Assembly: GCA_963795855.1 (NCBI GenBank)
Contig: CAWCIZ010000003.1
Span: 288,001 to 352,000, forward strand
DNA length: 64,000 nucleotides
Origin: Vulcanimicrobiota bacterium
Lineage (GTDB): Bacteria > Vulcanimicrobiota > Vulcanimicrobiia > Vulcanimicrobiales > Vulcanimicrobiaceae
Direction of reading: 5' to 3'
Every line of letters starts with the position of its first letter. The stretch's first letter is position 1. A model generated the notes under the pieces. It made no database searches. It was not told the origin of the DNA and was given only the letters and a program-made list of their open reading frames with translations. Both the position numbers and the translations under genes were made by a program. Of the stretch, positions 56,712 to 64,000 are shown one piece after another.

Positions 56712-57737
56712 CTACCGGGCGCTCAGCAGCGACTCGGCGGTTGCAATCACGCGCGGCACGTCGAGATGAGCGATGCACGCGTAATCCGGACACGTTTCTT
56801 TTCGTTCGCCGGGACGGCACGGGTAACTCGCGCGTACGACTGCGGTGCGTGCGCCAATCGGCGCCCAGCGCTCCGGCGTGTCGGTTTGAAATGGAAAGAT
56901 GCCGACCGTCGGCGCACCAACCGCCGCGGCTACGTGCATCGATCCGGTCGTTATCCCGACGAAGAGCCGCGCGGATTGCGCGAGCGCGCCGAACACGCCG
57001 ATCGTGGTCCTGCCGGCGACGTCGTGGATTTCCCCGTCGTCCGCGGCCCGCGCGAGAATGTCCGCGTTGATCGCTGCATCCGCCGTCGAGCCACTCAGCA
57101 GCACCGGCATATCGAAGCGCGCTCGGAGTGCGCGTGCAAGCGCGGCCCACCCTTCGGTCGGCCACAGACCGCGCTTGGGCGCGACGGCGTTCGTGGGATG
57201 CAGTACCACATATGCGTCGACGAAAACGTTCAGCTTCTGCAGCAGCGCCGCGGCCTGCGTGCGGTCTGCGCCGGTTGGCGTGAAATGCGGCGCCGTATCG
57301 GTTGTGTCGCACGCGATCGCGCGCGCATAGTCGAGCACGATCTCCGACCAGTGGCTGGTTACGTCGCCGAGTTCGCTTCGCACCGGCACGCGATGGGTGA
57401 AACGCCGCGAATACAGCCGCCTTGCCTGCCCGACGCGAACGGGTATGCCGGCTGCGTGTGCGATGCGCGCCGTGCGTGCCGTCGCCCACGTCACGACGCA
57501 CGCGTCATAGCGGCGCTCGCGCAGGCGATGCGCGACCTCGCTTTCATCTCCGTCGTCTACGAGCACGCCGTCGATATCCGGCACGCGTTCGAGCGCCTCG
57601 CGATGAGAAGGCAGCGTCAATGCATCCACCTCGCGATACCGCTCCCGCAGCGCGCGCGCGACGAGCGAGGCCATCAGCGAATCGCCGATCCCGCCTCCGG
57701 CGCAATAGACCAGCGCTCTAACGGGAGCGTTCGCCAC
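56712..57737 (-). CDS. Glycosyltransferase family 9 (heptosyltransferase-like)
   Basis: GGIGDSLMAS, TGSMHVAAAVGAPTVGIF, PERWAP. Confidence 0.85.
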   Translation of the reverse strand: MANAPVRALVYCAGGGIGDSLMASLVARALRERYREVDALTLPSHREALERVPDIDGVLVDDGDESEVAHRLRERRYDACVVTWATARTARIAHAAGIPVRVGQARRLYSRRFTHRVPVRSELGDVTSHWSEIVLDYARAIACDTTDTAPHFTPTGADRTQAAALLQKLNVFVDAYVVLHPTNAVAPKRGLWPTEGWAALARALRARFDMPVLLSGSTADAAINADILARAADDGEIHDVAGRTTIGVFGALAQSARLFVGITTGSMHVAAAVGAPTVGIFPFQTDTPERWAPIGARTAVVRASYPCRPGERKETCPDYACIAHLDVPRVIATAESLLSAR

Positions 57738-58610
57738 CGGTTCCGTTGCCGAGCGCGCGTGCGAGTTCGACGGTGTACATCCCGTCCAGCAATTGCGCGC
57801 GCGCGAAGCCGCGAATTGCTGATGGGATGGCCTCATCCGTCGCGGCGCCCGCAAACCACGGCAGGAGCGGCTCGAGCGCTTTGGCACGCAGCAAATTCGC
57901 GGCATGCGCTCCGGTTGCCGACTTCACGCGCGGGCTTGCATTCTTCTGCAAAAAGCGCACGGCCATGCGCGCCTTTTCGACCGACTTTTGAAGTTCGGAT
58001 TCGAGCGTTGCGTCGTGCGGCGGCTTGACGTGCCAAATGTACGCGTTCCATGCGAATTTCCCGCGGATCCCGTGCTCGCGCAGACGCACGCCAAGTTCCG
58101 TATCCTCCCACCCGTACAAATGAAACGCTTCGTCGAATCCACCGACCGCGTCGAGCGCAACCTTCGGCACCGAAACGTTGCACGTGCAGAAAAAGGCGCG
58201 CGAATAGTTCGCGAGCGAGGGTTTCGGCCTGACGTCATAGCCGGGAACGTTGACGATCGGGCCGCTGACGGCGAGGTTGCTCAGCGTATGTGCCGCGTCG
58301 TGAGCCGACAGAAATCCGGGCGGCGCGTACACGTCGTCATCGCAAAACAGCACGAGGTGCCCGCTCGCCACGGAGATGCCGCGATTGCGCGCGGCGCCCC
58401 GATTCGGGCTGCGCCTCGAAAACGTACGACTATCGGATACGGTTGGGTGGAACGCGCGCGTTCGACGATTTCGTGCGTTGCATCGCTCGACCCGTTATCG
58501 ACGACCACGACTTCGAACGTCGGGGCGCCCACTTGTTTGCCGAATGCGTCGAGCGCGCGTTCCAAGTACGCGGCGCGGTCTTTTGTTGCGATGACGATGG
58601 AAAGACGCAT
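57718..58610 (-). CDS. Glycosyltransferase family 2 (frameshifted)
   Basis: SIVIATKDR, VDNGSSD, FCDDD, YGWEDTELG. Confidence 0.85.
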
Positions 58611-58613
58611 ACG

Positions 58614-59840
58614 TTATCCCCGATGCAGCGAAAGAACTCGTTCCGCCATGCGCGCCGCCGCGCCGACGTGTTCGCGATACAGCGCGCTCAGTGCCTGCGA
58701 CGAACGCTCGAGCCACCCGTCGTCGCGGAGACGGTCGAGCGTGACCCGCGCGACGCGGCCCGGCGTCAGCGTGCCGTGCAATTCTTCGATAAGCATTTCA
58801 CCCGCATCCATGTTCGGTTGCGTGTGGAACGTGAACCGCCGGGCATACGCGACGACGGCGGCGCGTTTGAGCGGCGCGCCGACCAGCGGAATGCGGTCCA
58901 GATATGTGAGCGGCCCGTTGATCGTCGACCAGTTCGGGCGCGTTCGCCGGGCGTGCACGCGATAGCGGGCTTACCTAGCGCGGCGAGTTCGATCATCTTC
59001 GTTCCCGGAATCGTCACCGTCAGGTGCGCTACGCGCGCCGCGGAGCAGAGCGTTGCGCACGATCGGGAAACCGAGCGCTGCCGTCGGCAGTCGTCAAAAA
59101 GGCGCTTCCAATTGCGTTCGCGGACGGTGCCGCGCCGCGCGAACATACGCGGATCGCCGCCGCGTTCTACCGCGTCGCGAACGGCTGCTATCTCGGTGAA
59201 CGGCGAGATGCCGAACGCGATCGGCAGCGAGGGATCCTCGCGCCGCATCGTCAGTGCGGCCGTAAAGAAAAACGGCATGAGATGCTCGACTTCGTAGCGG
59301 CGCGATCCGGGCATGAAGAGTACGCCGCCCGCGGGCGCTCCGCTTTCCGGCGGCGAGAGCGCTTCGACGCAGCGCGCCGTCGATCGCGAGATTGCCGACG
59401 CGGTCGATGCGATCGCGCGCAACGCCCCACGCTGCGAGCTGTGCCGCGTTTGCCTCGTCGACCGCGAATGCGCAATGCCGTTGCCGGCAGCGTAGCGCGG
59501 CCGCGAAAATTTGTACGTTGCCAGCGCACCGCCGAAGCGCTTGCGCAGGCGAGCCGCGTGCATCAAGTCCCCGCCCAGATACAGCACCGCGTCCGCGGCT
59601 TGCGGGGCTCCGTCGACGCGCGCGCCGAAAGCGATGCGCAGGTACGTTTTCGGATCGTAAACGTGCGCCGCGGAAAACCATTCGCGAACCACACTGTGCT
59701 TCGCGGCCGGTCGCGTAATCGTCGGGCACGTAGAAGACGTGCACGTCGCTTCGCGGGTCCCGAGCGTAAAGTTCGCGCAGAAACGGACGCAGCCACCCGG
59801 CGGTTTCGCCCGGGCCGTTGCACGTGACCGCCAGGCGCAT
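58614..59840 (-). CDS. Lipid-A-disaccharide synthase (LpxB)-like protein; multiple frameshifts
   Basis: NGPGETAGW, VGNL, MPGSR, TIPGT, FHTQPN segments across frames. Confidence 0.65.
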
Positions 59841-60341
59841 CAGCGATACCGCTGCAAGATGCGCGCGATGATGTCGGTCGTGCTCGCTCCCTGAACGTGC
59901 GGCGCAAGGCGAATCACGCCGCCATGCCGCAGGACGACGTCGCGTTCGGGCAACTCCTCTTCGCGATATTGCGCGCTCTTCACGTGAACGTCAGGTCGCA
60001 CGCGATCGAGCAGACACCTCCGGCGTGCGTTCGTCGAATCCCACGACCGCGTCCACGCTGCGCAGCGCGCACAGAATGCGTGCGCGTTCTTCGAACGGGC
60101 ACGATCGGACGGTTCTCGCCCTTTATGCGGCGTACCGAATCGTCACCGTTCAACCCGACGATCAGCGCGTCGCCTTGTTCGCGCGCCCACGCGAGATACG
60201 ACACATGTCCGGCGTGCAGCACGTCGAAGCAGCCGTTCGTGAAGACGACACGCTTGCCGTTGCGCGCGCAAGCGCTTCCCGCCAAGCGCCGCATCGTCGA
60301 GCGACAAGCAGATTGCCGAAAAGCGCTTCAGCGCGTTCCAT
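59840..60341 (-). CDS. rfaE2: D-glycero-beta-D-manno-heptose 1-phosphate adenylyltransferase; frameshifted
   Basis: [33 protein letters not shown]. Confidence 0.85.
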
Positions 60342-61310
60342 GATCGACCAGCGCAAGAATTTCATCTGCGGAGGCCGTTGCCGTGCCGAGTTTTTCGACG
60401 ACGGCGCCGGCGGCATAATTTGCGAGCTGCATCGCCAGCTCGATCGATGCGCCCGCCGCGAGCGCGAGTGAGAGCACGGCGATCACCGTGTCGCCGGCAC
60501 CGCTGACGTCGAAGACCGTGCGCGCAACCGATGGAATGTGCAGGCGTTCCCGTCACGCCCGAAGAGCGACATCCCATGCTCGCCACGCGTGATGACGACG
60601 TAGCGGCAATCCAACGATCTGCAATAACGCGGCGCCGGCGCGTTCGAGCGAGTCTTCGTCGCCGATGGCAATACCGGCGGCCTGCGCCGCTTCGTGCGCG
60701 TTGGGCGCGACGCACGTGACGCCGCGAAACAGCTGGAGATTTTGCGGCTTCGGATCCGCCACCACGATCGGACATGCCAGCGCCGCTTCGACGATTTCGC
60801 GGCAGAACAGCCCCTTCGCGTAGTCGCTAAGGACGACGGCGTCCGCATCGGCGCGCATACGTGCGAACGAAATCGTACGAGACGGTCGCGATCGTCCGCG
60901 GCGAGCGGCGCGGTCGATTCCCAATCCGCGCGCACGACTTGCTGATTGTGCGCGACGACGCGCGTCTTGCGCGTCGTAGGGCGGTCGCTCACGCGCACGA
61001 GGCCGTCACCCGAGATGCCCTCATTGGCGAGGATGTCCGCCACGTAGTGCGCGAACGCGTCCGTCCCGATCGCACCGGCGAACGTTACCCGCGCGTCCAG
61101 CGCGCGCAAGTTGTTCGCGACGTTTCCCGCGCCGCCGAGCGTGAACGAGTGGTCCGTCACCTGCACCACCGGCACCGGCGCTTCCGGCGAAATGCGCGTG
61201 ACCGTCCCCCAAATCCATTCGTCGATCATAACGTCGCCCACGACGAGCAAATGCCGTTTGCGCATGCGTTCGAAAAGCGCGCGCGCATCCGGCGCCGCAA
61301 GCATCTGCAT
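60328..61310 (-). CDS. rfaE1: D-glycero-beta-D-manno-heptose-7-phosphate kinase; frameshifted
   Basis: [40 protein letters not shown]. Confidence 0.88.
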
Positions 61311-61314
61311 GGCT

Positions 61315-61908
61315 TTACCGCTCGAACATGATGCGCTGTTCGACCAGATCGCAGACGATGTGCGCCATCGTCTGATGTACTTCTTGCACGATGGCGGAGT
61401 AGCCGTCGGGGCCGAGCAGGACCAAGTCCGCGATAGCCGCGACCGTTCCGCCGCCGTTTCCGGTGAAGGCGACGGTGACTGCATCGCGGCGCTTGGCCTC
61501 TTCGAACGCAAGGACGATGTTCTTCGACGTGCCGCTGGTCGTCAATCCGACAACGACGTCGCCCGGCTGGACGAACGCTTCGATTTGGCGGCGGAAAACG
61601 TGATCGTATCCGTAGTCATTGCCTATGGCCGTCAACGTCGAGGTATTCACCGACAGCGCTTCGCTATGCAGACCGGGCCGCTCGCGCAGAAACCGTCCAC
61701 TCAACTCGGCGGCCATGTGCTGCGCCTCGGCAGCGCTGCCGCCGTTGCCCATCCACAGCACTTTGTTGCCGCGCCGCAGCGCCTTGACCATCGTATCCGC
61801 GATCGCTTCGCACTGCGCACGGTAATGCGGCGCATCGTAAATGCCGCGCCGGTCGGCGATCAGCTCGTCGAAACCGCGCTTGCCTTTGACGTCTACGGTT
61901 CTATCCAA
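61315..61908 (-). CDS. gmhA: Phosphoheptose isomerase
   Basis: GNGGSAAEAQH, TAIGNDYG, TTSGTS, QEVH; TTG start after AGGAG. Confidence 0.93.
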   Translation of the reverse strand: MDRTVDVKGKRGFDELIADRRGIYDAPHYRAQCEAIADTMVKALRRGNKVLWMGNGGSAAEAQHMAAELSGRFLRERPGLHSEALSVNTSTLTAIGNDYGYDHVFRRQIEAFVQPGDVVVGLTTSGTSKNIVLAFEEAKRRDAVTVAFTGNGGGTVAAIADLVLLGPDGYSAIVQEVHQTMAHIVCDLVEQRIMFER

Positions 61909-62342
61909 AACAGCTCCTGACCCAGCGAGACGAGTTCGCCGTTCTCCGGTACGATGCGCGTGATGACGCCTGCGTGATCGCTCGTGATTTCGTTGAACAG
62001 CTTCATGGCTTCGAGAATGCACAACACTTGACCGGCCTCGACGCGGTCGCCGACTTTCACGTAAACTTCGGCGTCGGGCGAGGGCGAGCGGTAAAAGACC
62101 CCAACCAGCGGCGCGGTGACCTTTTTGACGTTCGCCGACGCGGAGGGCGCGCTCGTGCCGGGTGCGAGTGAAGACGCGTCCGCGGACGGGAAGGCACTTG
62201 CCGCCGCACCGGGGAGCACCGTGATGCCGGCCTCCCGCCGGACGAGTTCGAACACCTTGTCGCCGATTTTGACCTTGAGGGCGTCCAGGTCGTGCTCGTG
62301 CATGATCTCGAGCAAGTCCTTGAGCGTCTGCGTTTCGTCCAC
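61893..62342 (-). CDS. accB: Acetyl-CoA carboxylase biotin carboxyl carrier protein
   Basis: APLVGVFYRSPSP, EAMKLFNEI. Confidence 0.95.
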   Translation of the reverse strand: MDETQTLKDLLEIMHEHDLDALKVKIGDKVFELVRREAGITVLPGAAASAFPSADASSLAPGTSAPSASANVKKVTAPLVGVFYRSPSPDAEVYVKVGDRVEAGQVLCILEAMKLFNEITSDHAGVITRIVPENGELVSLGQELFWIEP

Positions 62343-62346
62343 TTTT

Positions 62347-62785
62347 AAAGGCGCTCCGCCCTAGGCTGCGCGCCCCCCATCGGAGATGGGGCCCCCAGTA
62401 CTTCATGGCGCCTCAACATGCCGGCGATATGCGCTCTCCCCGTGGGCGCCGCAACGATCGGATCAATCGAAAGGCGCTCCGCCCTAGGCTGCGCGCCCCC
62501 ATCGGAGATGGGGCCCCCAGTACTTCATGGCGCCTCAACATACCGGCGATATGCGCTCTCCCCGTGGGCGCCGCAACGATGCGATCGATCGAAAGGCGCT
62601 CCGCCCTAGGCTGCGCGCCCCCCATCGGAGATGGGGCCCCCAGTACTTCATGGCGCCTCAACATACCGGCGATATGCGCTCTCCCCGTGGGCGCCGCAAC
62701 GATGCGGATCAATCGAAAGGCGCTCCGCCCTAGGCTGCGCGCCCCCCATCGGAGACGGGGCCCCCAACGTGGGCGCCGCAACGAT
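62347..62785 (-). repeat. Tandem array of three full (122-124 bp) and one partial structured intergenic elements
   Basis: Units start at 62347, 62470, 62592 and 62716 (AAAGGCGCTCCGCCCTAGGCTGCGCGCCCCCCATCGGAGATGGGGCCCCC...). Confidence 0.95.
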
Positions 62786-62796
62786 TGAATGCATCA

Positions 62797-64000
62797 TCAA
62801 CCCACCATTTCAACAAGCTGCGGCACGAGGTCTTTTCCGAGGCCGACGCGCTCGTCGGTCCGCTGCTGCAAATCGCGCAGCACCGCCTGCCCCTGCTGCA
62901 GTTCGTCCGTTCCCACGATCAGCGCATACCGCGCGTTGTTCTTGTCCGCGGTTTTCGAGCTGCGCGAGCAGTTTGCGATCCTCGAAGTCCATGAAGATCG
63001 GCACGCTCAGCGCATAGCGCAGCAGCGCCGCGAGGATGACCAGCACGCCGCGGGCTTGCGGCCCCAGCGCGATCACTTGGATGCCGCTGCGTTCGAACTC
63101 CATCGACGCGCCCGAAGCCGCGACGGCGATGAGCAGCCGCTCTAAACCCAAGCCGAAGCCCACGGACGGAACGTTGGGGCCGCCGAGCGACTTGATGAGC
63201 GCATCGTACCGCCCCCCGGCGCAAATCGTGCTTTGCGCTCCCAGCGACTCGGACACGAATTCGAAAACCGTTCGCGTGTAATAATCGAGCCCTCGGACGA
63301 TCCGGGGATTGACGACGAACGGAATTCCGAGTTGCGTGAGGTAGCGCTTCACCGCTTCGAAATGCTCGCGGCATGCATCGCACAGGTACGCTTCGAATTT
63401 CGGCGCGCCGTCCAGCAGCGGCTGATCCTCCGGCGCCTTGCTGTCGAGCAGGCGCAGCGGATTGCGCTCCAGCCGGCGTTGCGAATCTTCACTCAAGCTC
63501 TGCGCGTGCGGGCGAAAATGTTCGAGCAGTGCTTCCCGATAGCGCGGCCTGCATTCGTCGTCGCCGATCGAGTTCACGTTCAGGACCGGCGTCAACGCCG
63601 TACGAGCGAAACAAATGCATACCGAGCGCGATCACCTCCGCGTCGGCTTCAGGACCTTTGAAACCCGTGCACTCCACGCCGAACTGGTGCGCCTGCCGAT
63701 AGCGCCCGGCTTGCGGGCGTTCGTACCGGTAGATCGGCCCAATGTAATACAGCCGCTGCGGCCCTTCGTTGAACAAGTTGCGCTGCAGGGCGGCGCGTAC
63801 GACGGGCGCCGTCCATTCCGGACGCAGCGTCATCGAACGGCCGCCTTTGTCCACGAACGTGTACATCTCTTTCTCGACGATGTCCGTTGTGTCGCCTACG
63901 CCGCGCACGAAGAGATCCGTCGACTCGAACGTCGGCGTTCGCACCTCGCCGTACCCGTAGCGGCGCGCGAGCACGTGAATGCGGGACTCCAGTTCCTGCC
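62797..64000 (-). CDS. hisS: Histidine--tRNA ligase, 5'-partial, frameshifted
   Basis: [44 protein letters not shown]. Confidence 0.96.

Noticed and set aside
62420..62460. HDV-like ribozyme suggested by the CTC-TCCCCGT-GGG loop on the plus strand
   Set aside because: I could not find the P1.1 GG, P4 or P2 partner in the required order, and this strand is antisense to the operon.
62347..62785. CRISPR array interpretation of the tandem repeats (also 33097-33416)
   Set aside because: Units are over 100 bp and identical throughout with no unique spacers; no cas genes are present.
62405..62788. Repetitive ORFs across the array on both strands
   Set aside because: They are by-products of the GC-rich repeat; the frame shifts between units and there is no protein-like signal.

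Overview
GC-rich bacterial chromosome segment, mostly housekeeping genes and mostly on the minus strand. It looks like a diderm Terrabacteria-type organism: Firmicute-like gene order (rpiB-glyA-upp-dCMP deaminase-tagO/wecA-wecB-atp-murA-mreB/mbl; rarA-iscS-alaS) together with LPS/heptose and LptA-like genes. A Candidatus Eremiobacterota/Vulcanimicrobiota-like source is a guess, not something I can prove. Contents: the probable edge of an island at tRNA-Leu(CAG), a Ku/LigD NHEJ operon, a RsbV-RsbW-SigB/SigF partner-switching module with matching promoters in the window, alaS/aspS/hisS, the full F1Fo ATP synthase operon, a 6S RNA, a dipeptide-epimerase/DUF1611/peptide-binding/peptidase cluster, and an LPS core block between hisS and aspS. 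Roughly 20 genes, several of them essential, carry single-base frameshifts. These are most likely uncorrected long-read errors, and they create false fusions (atpA-atpG, tagO-wecB, upp-deaminase). The most interesting non-coding signal is a family of structured intergenic elements of about 105-124 bp, found at four loci and tandemly amplified at two. Their conserved end hairpin holds a GGAG exactly 11 nt upstream of the start codons of atpC, atpA and accB. There is also an orphan sRNA candidate and several long intercistronic hairpins.
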